From NCBI GenBank assembly GCA_964057225.1, contig OZ059895.1, forward strand, positions 1,550,001 to 1,614,000: a stretch of DNA of 64,000 bases, given 5' to 3'. The notes under the pieces are model-generated. The model did no database searches. It was given only the letters and a program-made list of their open reading frames with translations, and was not told where the DNA came from. The stretch comes from Auanema rhodensis (lineage: Eukaryota > Animalia > Nematoda). Positions within the stretch are counted from its first letter, which is position 1, and every line of letters begins with the position of its first letter. Below, in pieces: positions 9,966-22,300 of this stretch. The position numbers and the translations under genes are program-made.

Positions 9966-10342
9966 ATCAAAGAACGAAAAATAAAAAGAAAAAGATTTAT
10001 TTAAAAAAACAAAAAAAATACAAAAAAATTCAAGAGAAAATTCCAAACTGAAAAAAATATAAAAAAATTCCTTATCACAATAATTTTAGGACAAAAAACA
10101 ACGAAATATTGTTTTAATCAGATTACGGTAGTTGATTATCAACAGTTCACTGTTTACCAACAATCTCTAAATGGAGCGCGATTACTATGGATTGTTTTAT
10201 CAATGGGTCATTTTATTCAAATTATTCATTTTATTTAATTTTTTCATGAATAATTGTTATCTTAATATTTTATATAAATTATATTATATATTTATCTTTA
10301 TTTATACTATTCATTTTAGTATCTATAGCCATATTCTTGACA
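9966..10342 (-). repeat. 5' LTR (377 bp)
   Basis: Direct repeat of 6032-6408 at offset 3934. On the minus strand it begins TGTCAAGAAT, ends TTCTTTGAT and is followed by the PBS. Confidence 0.96.
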
Positions 10343-10347
10343 ATCTA
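10343..10347. repeat. Target-site duplication, right copy (ATCTA)
   Basis: ...TCTTGACA|ATCTA|CTTTTTGC. Confidence 0.9.
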
Positions 10348-13300
10348 CTTTTTGCTAAATTATTTTGAAATTTTTCGAAAAAATTTTTGTCAAAATGTTT
10401 TTGGAAGCAATGTTGAGTGTACATGGAAACTCAACATACACTAATGCATCATTTTTCAAACGATCATAACTAATTTTTGTTTTAAGCGTTTCTCAATGTA
10501 GTATAGTGCATTCGATGCGGATTTTTAAGCTGCGTCGATCTGTGTTATCAGATTTGCGCTAGCTTAAAAATGCACCGAGATATCAACTGATATAAGTTCA
10601 CACTTATATCCTCGATTTTCATCCTGAAGAATTAATTTTTTCGTTGAATAACATTGTCCATCGTCTTTGCCTTGAAAAAACGAATCTAACAACATCTACT
10701 TTTTGCTAAATTATTTTGAAATTTTTCGAAAAATTTTTTGTCAAAATGTTTTTGGAAGCAATGTTGAGTGTACATGGAAACTCAACATACACTAATGCAT
10801 CATTTTTCAAACGATCATAACTAATTTTTGTATTAAGCGTTTCTCAATGTAGTATAGTGCATTCGATGCCGATTTTTAAGCTGCGTCGATCTGTGTTATC
10901 AGATTTGCGCTAGCTTAAAAATGCACCGAGATATCAACTGATATAAGTTCACACTTATATCCTCGATTTTCATCCTGAAGAATTAATTTTTTCGTTGAAT
11001 AACATTGTCCATCGTCTTTGCCTTGAAAAAACGAATCTAACAACATCTACTTTCTGCTAAATTATTTTGAAATTTTTCGAAAAATTTTTTGTCAAAATGT
11101 TTTTGGAAGCAATGTTGAGTGTACATGGAAACTCAACATACACTAATGCATCATTTTTCAAACGATCATAACTAATTTTTGTATTAAGCGTTTCTCAATG
11201 TAGTATAGTGCATTCGATGCCGATTTTTAAGCTGCGTCGATCTGTGTTATCAGATTTGCGCTAGCTTAAAAATGCACCGAGATATCAACTGATATAAGTT
11301 CACACTTATATCCTCGATTTTCACCCTGAAGAATTAATTTTTTCGTTGAATAACATTGTCTATCGTCTTTGCCTTGAAAAATGGAATCTAAAAACATCTA
11401 CTTTTTGCTAAATTATTTTGAAATTTTTCGAAAAAATTTTTGTCAAAATGTTTTTGGAAGCAATGTTGAGTGTACATGGAAACTCAACATACACTAATGC
11501 ATCATTTTTCAAACGATCATAACTAATTTTTGTATTAAGCGTTTCTCAATGTAGTATAGTGCATTCGATGCCGATTTTTAAGCTGCGTCGATCTGTGTTA
11601 TCAGATTTGCGCTAGCTTAAAAATGCACCGAGATATCAACTGATATAAGTTCACACTTATATCCTCGATTTTCACCCTGAAGAATTAATTTTTTCGTTGA
11701 ATAACATTGTCTATAGTCTTTGCCTTGAAAAATTGAATCTAAAAACATCTACTTTTTGCTAAATTATTTTGAAATTTTTCGAAAAAATTTTTGTCAAAAT
11801 GTTTTTGGAAGCAATGTTGAGTGTACATGGAAACTCAACATACACTAATGCATCATTTTTCAAACGATCATAACTAATTTTTGTATTAAGCGTTTCTCAA
11901 TGTAGTATAGTGCATTCGATGCCGATTTTTAAGCTGCGTCGATCTGTGTTATCAGATTTGCGCTAGCTTAAAAATGCACCGAGATATCAACTGATATAAG
12001 TTCACACTTATATCCTCGATTTTCACCCTGAAGAATTAATTTTTTCGTTGAATAACATTGTCTATCGTCTTTGCTTTGAAAAATGGAATCTAAAAACATC
12101 TACTTTTTGCTAAATTATTTTGAAATTTTTCGAAAAAATTTTTGTCAAAATGTTTTTGGAAGCAATGTTGAGTGTACATGGAAACTCAACATACACTAAT
12201 GCATCATTTTTCAAACGATCATAACTAATTTTTGTATTAAGCGTTTCTCAATGTAGTATAGTGCATTCGATGCGGATTTTGAAGCTGCGTCGATCTGTGT
12301 TATCAGATTTGCGCTAGCTTAAAAATGCACCGAGATATCAACTGATATAAGTTCACACTTATATCCTCGATTTTCACCCTGAAGAATTAATTTTTTCGTT
12401 GAATAACATTGTCTATCGTCTTTGCTTTGAAAAATGGAATCTAAAAACATCTACTTTTTGCTAAATTATTTTGAAATTTTTCGAAAAAATTTTTGTCAAA
12501 ATGTTTTTGGAAGCAATGTTGAGTGTACATGGAAACTCAACATACACTAATGCATCATTTTTCAAACGATCATAACTAATTTTTGTATTAAGCGTTTCTC
12601 AATGTAGTATAGTGCATTCGATGCGGATTGTTAAGCTGCGTCGATCTGTGTTATCAGATTTGCGCTAGCTTAAAAATGCACCGAGATATCAACTGATATA
12701 AGTTCACACTTATATCCTCGATTTTCATCCTGAAGAATTAATTTTTTCGTTGAATAACATTGTCCATCGTCTTTGCCTTGAAAAAAAGAATCTAAAAACA
12801 TCTACTTTTTGCTAAATTATTTTGAAATTTTTCGAAAAAATTTTTGTCAAAATGTTTTTGGAAGCAATGTTGAGTGTACATGGAAACTCAACATACACTA
12901 ACGCATCATTTTTCAAACGATCATAACTAATTTTTGTATTAAGCGTTTCTCAATGTAGTATAGTGCATTCGATGCCGATTTTTAAGCTGCGTCGATCTGT
13001 GTTATCAGATTTGCGCTAGCTTAAAAATGCACCGAGATATCAACTGATATAAGTTCACACTTATATCCTCGATTTTCACCCTGAAGAATTAATTTTTTCG
13101 TTGAATAACATTGTCTATCGTCTTTGCCTTGAAAAATGGAATCTTAAAACATCTACTTTTTGCTAAATTATTTTGAAATTTTTCGAAAAAATTTTTGTCA
13201 AAATGTTTTTGGAAGCAATGTTGAGTGTACATGGAAACTCAACATACACTAATGCATCATTTTTCAAACGATCATAACTAATTTTTGTATTAAGCGTTTC

Positions 13301-16300
13301 TCAATGTAGTATAGTGCATTCGATGCGGATTGTTAAGCTGCGTCGATCTGTGTTATCAGATTTGCGCTAGCTTAAAAATGCACCGAGATATCAACTGATA
13401 TAAGTTCACACTTATATCCTCGATTTTCATCCTGAAGAATTAATTTTTTCGTTGAATAACATTGTCCATCGTCTTTGCCTTGAAAAAAAGAATCTAAAAA
13501 CATCTACTTTTTGCTAAATTATTTTGAAATTTTTCGAAAAAATTTTTGTCAAAATGTTTTTGGAAGCAATGTTGAGTGTACATGGAAACTCAACATACAC
13601 TAATGCATCATTTTTCAAACGATCATAACTAATTTTTGTATTAAGCGTTTCTCAATGTAGTATAGTGCATTCGATGCCGATTTTTAAGCTGCGTCGATCT
13701 GTGTTATCAGATTTGCGCTAGCTTAAAAATGCACCGAGATATCAACTGATATAAGTTCACACTTATATCCTCGATTTTCACCCTGAAGAATTAATTTTTT
13801 CGTTGAATAACATTGTCTATCGTCTTTGCCTTGAAAAATGGAATCTAAAAACATCTACTTTTTGCTAAATTATTTTGAAATTTTTCGAAAAAATTTTTGT
13901 CAAAATGTTTTTGGAAGCAATGTTGAGTGTACATGGAAACTCAACATACACTAATGCATCATTTTTCAAACGATCATAACTAATTTTTGTATTAAGCGTT
14001 TCTCAATGTAGTATAGTGCATTCGATGCCGATTTTTAAGCTGCGTCGATCTGTGTTATCAGATTTGCGCTAGCTTAAAAATGCACCAAGATATCAACTGA
14101 TATAAGTTCACACTTATATCCTCGATTTTCACCCTGAAGAATTAATTTTTTCGTTGAATAACATTGTCTATCGTCTTTGCTTTGAAAAATGGAATCTAAA
14201 AACATCTACTTTTTGCTAAATTATTTTGAAATTTTTCGAAAAAATTTTTGTCAAAATGTTTTTGGAAGCAATGTTGAGTGTACATGGAAACTCAACATAC
14301 ACTAATGCATCATTTTTCAAACGATCATAACTAATTTTTGTATTAAGCGTTTCTCAATGTAGTATAGTGCATTCGATGCGGATTTTTAAGCTGCGTCGAT
14401 CTGTGTTATCAGATTTGCGCTAGCTTAAAAATGCACCGAGATATCAACTGATATAAGTTCACACTTATATCCTCGATTTTCACCCTGAAGAATTAATTTT
14501 TTCGTTGAATAACATTGTCTATCGTCTTTGCCTTGAAAAATGGAATCTAAAAACATCTACTTTTTGCTAAATTATTTTGAAATTTTTCGAAAAAATTTTT
14601 GTCAAAATGTTTTTGGAAGCAATGTTGAGTGTACATGGAAACTCAACATACACTAATGCATCATTTTTCAAACGATCATAATTAATTTTTGTATTAAGCG
14701 TTTCTCAATGTAGTATAGTGCATTCGATGCGGATTGTTAAGCTGCGTCGATCTGTGTTATCAGATTTGCGCTAGCTTAAAAATGCACCGAGATATCAACT
14801 GATATAAGTTCACACTTATATCCTCGATTTTCATCCTGAAGAATTAATTTTTTCGTTGAATAACATTGTCCATCGTCTTTGCCTTGAAAAAAAGAATCTA
14901 AAAACATCTACTTTTTGCTAAATTATTTTGAAATTTTTCGAAAAAATTTTTGTCAAAATGTTTTTGGAAGCAATGTTGAGTGTACATGGAAACTCAACAT
15001 ACACTAATGCATCATTTTTCAAACGATCATAACTAATTTTTGTATTAAGCGTTTCTCAATGTAGTATAGTGCATTCGATGCCGATTTTTAAGCTGCGTCG
15101 ATCTGTGTTATCAGATTTGCGCTAGCTTAAAAATGCACCGAGATATCAACTGATATAAGTTCACACTTATATCCTCGATTTTCACCCTGAAGAATTAATT
15201 TTTTCGTTGAATAACATTGTCTATCGTCTTTGCCTTGAAAAATGGAATCTAAAAACATCTACTTTTTGCTAAATTATTTTGAAATTTTTCGAAAAAATTT
15301 TTGTCAAAATGTTTTTGGAAGCAATGTTGAGTGTACATGGAAACTCAACATACACTAATGCATCATTTTTCAAACGATCATAACTAATTTTTGTATTTAG
15401 CGTTTCTCAATGTAGTATAGTGCATTCGATGCGGATTGTTAAGCTGCGTCGATCTGTGTTATCAGATTTGCGCTAGCTTAAAAATGCACCGAGATATCAA
15501 CTGATATAAGTTCACACTTATATCCTCGATTTTCATCCTGAAGAATTAATTTTTTCGTTGAATAACATTGTCCATCGTCTTTGCCTTGAAAAAAAGAATC
15601 TAAAAACATCTACTTTTTGCTAAATTATTTTGAAATTTTTCGAAAAAATTTTTGTCAAAATGTTTTTGGAAGCAATGTTGAGTGTACATGGAAACTCAAC
15701 ATACACTAATGCATCATTTTTCAAACGATCATAACTAATTTTTGTATTAAGCGTTTCTCAATGTAGTATAGTGCATTCGATGCCGATTTTTAAGCTGCGT
15801 CGATCTGTGTTATCAGATTTGCGCTAGCTTAAAAATGCACCGAGATATCAACTGATATAAGTTCACACTTATATCCTCGATTTTCACCCTGAAGAATTAA
15901 TTTTTTCGTTGAATAACATTGTCTATCGTCTTTGCCTTGAAAAATGGAATCTAAAAACATCTACTTTTTGCTAAATTATTTTGAAATTTTTCGAAAAAAT
16001 TTTTGTCAAAATGTTTTTGGAAGCAATGTTGAGTGTACATGGAAACTCAACATACACTAATGCATCATTTTTCAAACGATCATAACTAATTTTTGTATTA
16101 AGCGTTTCTCAATGTAGTATAGTGCATTCGATGCCGATTTTTAAGCTGCGTCGATCTGTGTTATCAGATTTGCGCTAGCTTAAAAATGCACCAAGATATC
16201 AACTGATATAAGTTCACACTTATATCCTCGATTTTCACCCTGAAGAATTAATTTTTTCGTTGAATAACATTGTCTATCGTCTTTGCTTTGAAAAATGGAA

Positions 16301-19300
16301 TCTAAAAACATCTACTTTTTGCTAAATTATTTTGAAATTTTTCGAAAAAATTTTTGTCAAAATGTTTTTGGAAGCAATGTTGAGTGTACATGGAAACTCA
16401 ACATACACTAATGCATCATTTTTCAAACGATCATAACTAATTTTTGTATTAAGCGTTTCTCAATGTAGTATAGTGCATTCGATGCGGATTTTTAAGCTGC
16501 GTCGATCTGTGTTATCAGATTTGCGCTAGCTTAAAAATGCACCGAGATATCAACTGATATAAGTTCACACTTATATCCTCGATTTTCACCCTGAAGAATT
16601 AATTTTTTCGTTGAATAACATTGTCTATCGTCTTTGCTTTGAAAAATGGAATCTAAAAACATCTACTTTTTGCTAAATTATTTTGAAATTTTTCGAAAAA
16701 ATTTTTGTCAAAATGTTTTTGGAAGCAATGTTGAGTGTACATGGAAACTCAACATACACTAATGCATCATTTTTCAAACGATCATAACTAATTTTTGTAT
16801 TAAGCGTTTCTCAATGTAGTATAGTGCATTCGATGCCGATTTTTAAGCTGCGTCGATCTGTGTTATCAGATTTGCGCTAGCTTAAAAATGCACCGAGATA
16901 TCAACTGATATAAGTTCACACTTATATCCTCGATTTTCACCCTGAAGAATTAATTTTTTCGTTGAATAACATTGTCTATCGTCTTTGCCTTGAAAAATGG
17001 AATCTAAAAACATCTACTTTTTGCTAAATTATTTTGAAATTTTTCGAAAAAATTTTTGTCAAAATGTTTTTGGAAGCAATGTTGAGTGTACATGGAAACT
17101 CAACATACACTAATGCATCATTTTTCAAACGATCATAACTAATTTTTGTTTTAAGCGTTTCTCAATGTAGTATAGTGCATTCGATGCCGATTTTTAAGCT
17201 GCGTCGATCTGTGTTATCAGATTTGCGCTAGCTTAAAAATGCACCAAGATATCAACTGATATAAGTTCACACTTATATCCTCGATTTTCACCCTGAAGAA
17301 TTAATTTTTTCGTTGAATAACATTGTCTATCGTCTTTGCTTTGAAAAATGGAATCTAAAAACATCTACTTTTTGCTAAATTATTTTGAAATTTTTCGAAA
17401 AAATTTTTGTCAAAATGTTTTTGGAAGCAATGTTGAGTGTACATGGAAACTCAACATACACTAATGCATCATTTTTCAAACGATCATAACTAATTTTTGT
17501 ATTAAGCGTTTCTCAATGTAGTATAGTGCATTCGATGCGGATTTTTAAGCTGCGTCGATCTGTGTTATCAGATTTGCGCTAGCTTAAAAATGCACCGAGA
17601 TATCAACTGATATAAGTTCACACTTATATCCTCGATTTTCACCCTGAAGAATTAATTTTTTCGTTGAATAACATTGTCTATCGTCTTTGCTTTGAAAAAT
17701 GGAATCTAAAAACATCTACTTTTTGCTAAATTATCTTGAAATTTTTCGAAAAAATTTTTGTCAAAATGTTTTTGGAAGCAATGTTGAGTGTACATGGAAA
17801 CTCAACATACACTAATGCATCATTTTTCAAACGATCATAACTAATTTTTGTATTAAGCGTTTCTCAATGTAGTATAGTGCATTCGATGCGGATTTTTAAG
17901 CTGCGTCGATCTGTGTTATCAGATTTGCGCTAGCTTAAAAATGCACCGAGATATCAACTGATATAAGTTCACACTTATATCCTCGATTTTCACCCTGAAG
18001 AATTAATTTTTTCGTTGAATAACATTGTCTATCGTCTTTGCCTTGAAAAATGGAATTTAAAAACATCTACTTTTTGCTAAATTATTTTGAAATTTTTCGA
18101 AAAAATTTTTGTCAAAATGTTTTTGGAAGCAATGTTGAGTGTACATGGAAACTCAACATACACTAATGCATCATTTTTCAAACGATCATAACTAATTTTT
18201 GTATTAAGCGTTTCTCAATGTAGTATAGTGCATTCGATGCGGATTTTTAAGCTGCGTCGATCTGTGTTATCAGATTTGCGCTAGCTTAAAAATGCACCGA
18301 GATATCAACTGATATAAGTTCACACTTATATCCTCGATTTTCATCCTGAAGAATTAATTTTTTCGTTGAATAACATTGTCCATCGTCTTTGCCTTGAAAA
18401 AAAGAATCTAAAAACATCTACTTTTTGCTAAATTATTTTGAAATTTTTCGAAAAAATTTTTGTCAAAATGTTTTTGGAAGCAATGTTGAGTGTACATGGA
18501 AACTCAACATACACTAATGCATCATTTTTCAAACGATCATAACTAATTTTTGTATTAAGCGTTTCTCAATGTAGTATAGTGCATTCGATGCGGATTTTTA
18601 AGCTGCGTCGATCTGTGTTATCAGATTTGCGCTAGCTTAAAAATGCACCGAGATATCAACTGATATAAGTTCACACTTATATCCTCGATTTTCACCCTGA
18701 AGAATTAATTTTTTCGTTGAATAACATTGTCTATCGTCTTTGCTTTGAAAAATGGAATCTAAAAACATCTACTTTTTGCTAAATTATCTTGAAATTTTTC
18801 GAAAAAATTTTTGTCAAAATGTTTTTGGAAGCAATGTTGAGTGTACATGGAAACTCAACATACACTAATGCATCATTTTTCAAACAATCATAACTAATTT
18901 TTGTATTAAGCGTTTCTCAATGTAGTATAGTGCATTCGATGCCGATTTTTAAGCTGCGTCGATCTGTGTTATCAGATTTGCGCTAGCTTAAAAATGCACC
19001 GAGATATCAACTGATATAAGTTCACACTTATATCCTCGATTTTCACCCTGAAGAATTAATTTTTTCGTTGAATAACATTGTCTATCGTCTTTGCCTTGAA
19101 AAATGGAATTTAAAAACATCTACTTTTTGCTAAATTATTTTGAAATTTTTCGAAAAAATTTTTGTCAAAATGTTTTTGGAAGCAATGTTGAGTGTACATG
19201 GAAACTCAACATACACTAATGCATCATTTTTCAAACGATCATAACTAATTTTTGTATTAAGCGTTTCTCAATGTAGTATAGTGCATTCGATGCGGATTTT

Positions 19301-22300
19301 TAAGCTGCGTCGATCTGTATTATCAGATTTGCGCTAGCTTAAAAATGCACCGAGATATCAACTGATATAAGTTCACACTTATATCCTCGATTTTCATCCT
19401 GAAGAATTAATTTTTTCGTTGAATAACATTGTCCATCGTCTTTGCCTTGAAAAAAAGAATCTAAAAACATCTACTTTTTGCTAAATTATTTTGAAATTTT
19501 TCGAAAAAATTTTTGTCAAAATGTTTTTGGAAGCAATGTTGAGTGTACATGGAAACTCAACATACACTAATGCATCATTTTTCAAACGATCATAACTAAT
19601 TTTTGTATTAAGCGTTTCTCAATGTAGTATAGTGCATTCGATGCCGATTTTTAAGCTGCGTCGATCTGTGTTATCAGATTTGCGCTAGCTTAAAAATGCA
19701 CCGAGATATCAACTGATATAAGTTCACACTTATATCCTCGATTTTCACCCTGAAGAATTAATTTTTTCGTTGAATAACATTGTCTATCGTCTTTGCCTTG
19801 AAAAATGGAATCTAAAAACATCTACTTTTTGCTAAATTATTTTGAAATTTTTCGAAAAAATTTTTGTCAAAATGTTTTTGGAAGCAATGTTGAGTGTACA
19901 TGGAAACTCAACATACACTAATGCATCATTTTTCAAACGATCATAACTAATTTTTGTATTAAGCGTTTCTCAATGTAGTATAGTGCATTCGATGCCGATT
20001 TTTAAGCTGCGTCGATCTGTGTTATCAGATTTGCGCTAGCTTAAAAATGCACCAAGATATCAACTGATATAAGTTCACACTTATATCCTCGATTTTCACC
20101 CTGAAGAATTAATTTTTTCGTTGAATAACATTGTCTATCGTCTTTGCTTTGAAAAATGGAATCTAAAAACATCTACTTTTTGCTAAATTATTTTGAAATT
20201 TTTCGAAAAAATTTTTGTCAAAATGTTTTTGGAAGCAATGTTGAGTGTACATGGAAACTCAACATACACTAATGCATCATTTTTCAAACGATCATAACTA
20301 ATTTTTGTATTAAGCGTTTCTCAATGTAGTATAGTGCATTCGATGCGGATTTTTAAGTTGCGTCGATCTGTGTTATCAGATTTGCGCTAGCTTAAAAATG
20401 CACCGAGATATCAACTGATATAAGTTCACACTTATATCCTCGATTTTCACCCTGAAGAATTAATTTTTTCGTTGAATAACATTGTCTATCGTCTTTGCTT
20501 TGAAAAATGGAATCTAAAAACATCTACTTTTTGCTAAATTATTTTGAAATTTTTCGAAAAAATTTTTGTCAAAATGTTTTTGGAAGCAATGTTGAGTGTA
20601 CATGGAAACTCAACATACACTAATGCATCATTTTTCAAACGATCATAACTAATTTTTGTATTAAGCGTTTCTCAATGTAGTATAGTGCATTCGATGCCGA
20701 TTTTTAAGCTGCGTCGATCTGTGTTATCAGATTTGCGCTAGCTTAAAAATGCACCGAGATATCAACTGATATAAGTTCACACTTATATCCTCGATTTTCA
20801 CCCTGAAGAATTAATTTTTTCGTTGAATAACATTGTCTATCGTCTTTGCCTTGAAAAATGGAATTTAAAAACATCTACTTTTTGCTAAATTATTTTGAAA
20901 TTTTTCGAAAAAATTTTTGTCAAAATGTTTTTGGAAGCAATGTTGAGTGTACATGGAAACTCAACATACACTAATGCATCATTTTTCAAACGATCATAAC
21001 TAATTTTTGTATTAAGCGTTTTTCAATGTAGTATAGTGCATTCGATGCGGATTTTTAAGCTGCGTCGATCTGTGTTATCAGATTTGCGCTAGCTTAAAAA
21101 TGCACCGAGATATCAACTGATATAAGTTCACACTTATATCCTCGATTTTCATCCTGAAGAATTAATTTTTTCGTTGAATAACATTGTCCATCGTCTTTGC
21201 CTTGAAAAAAAGAATCTAAAAACATCTACTTTTTGCTAAATTATTTTGAAATTTTTCGAAAAAATTTTTGTCAAAATGTTTTTGGAAGCAATGTTGAGTG
21301 TACATGGAAACTCAACATACACTAATGCATCATTTTTCAAACGATCATAACTAATTTTTGTATTAAGCGTTTCTCAATGTAGTATAGTGCATTCGATGCG
21401 GATTTTTAAGCTGCGTCGATCTGTGTTATCAGATTTGCGCTAGCTTAAAAATGCACCGAGATATCAACTGATATAAGTTCACACTTATATCCTCGATTTT
21501 CACCCTGAAGAATTAATTTTTTCGTTGAATAACATTGTCTATCGTCTTTGCTTTGAAAAATGGAATCTAAAAACATCTACTTTTTGCTAAATTATTTTGA
21601 AATTTTTCGAAAAAATTTTTGTCAAAATGTTTTTGGAAGCAATGTTGAGTGTACATGGAAACTCAACATACACTAATGCATCATTTTTCAAACGATCATA
21701 ACTAATTTTTGTATTAAGCGTTTCTCAATGTAGTATAGTGCATTCGATGCGGATTTTTAAGCTGCGTCGATCTGTGTTATCAGATTTGCGCTAGCTTAAA
21801 AATGCACCGAGATATCAACTGATATAAGTTCACACTTATATCCTCGATTTTCACCCTGAAGAATTAATTTTTTCGTTGAATAACATTGTCTATCGTCTTT
21901 GCTTTGAAAAATGGAATCTAAAAACATCTACTTTTTGCTAAATTATTTTGAAATTTTTCGAAAAAATTTTTGTCAAAATGTTTTTGGAAGCAATGTTGAG
22001 TGTACATGGAAACTCAACATACACTAATGCATCATTTTTCAAACGATCATAACTAATTTTTGTATTAAGCGTTTCTCAATGTAGTATAGTGCATTCGATG
22101 CCGATTTTTAAGCTGCGTCGATCTGTGTTATCAGATTTGCGCTAGCTTAAAAATGCACCGAGATATCAACTGATATAAGTTCACACTTATATCCTCGATT
22201 TTCACCCTGAAGAATTAATTTTTTCGTTGAATAACATTGTCTATCGTCTTTGCCTTGAAAAATGGAATTTAAAAACATCTACTTTTTGCTAAATTATTTT

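Larger units (their letters stand above)
6032..10342 (-). mobile_element. Internally deleted (non-autonomous) Ty3/gypsy-family LTR retrotransposon, Cer-like, 4311 bp
   Basis: Paired 377-bp LTRs, TSD, PBS, PPT and a gag-protease-partial RT ORF. The RT stub SAWASPVVSVEKKDKSIRLCIDYR is the Ty3/gypsy signature. The left boundary is 6031 or 6032 depending on a 4- or 5-bp TSD. Confidence 0.96.
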
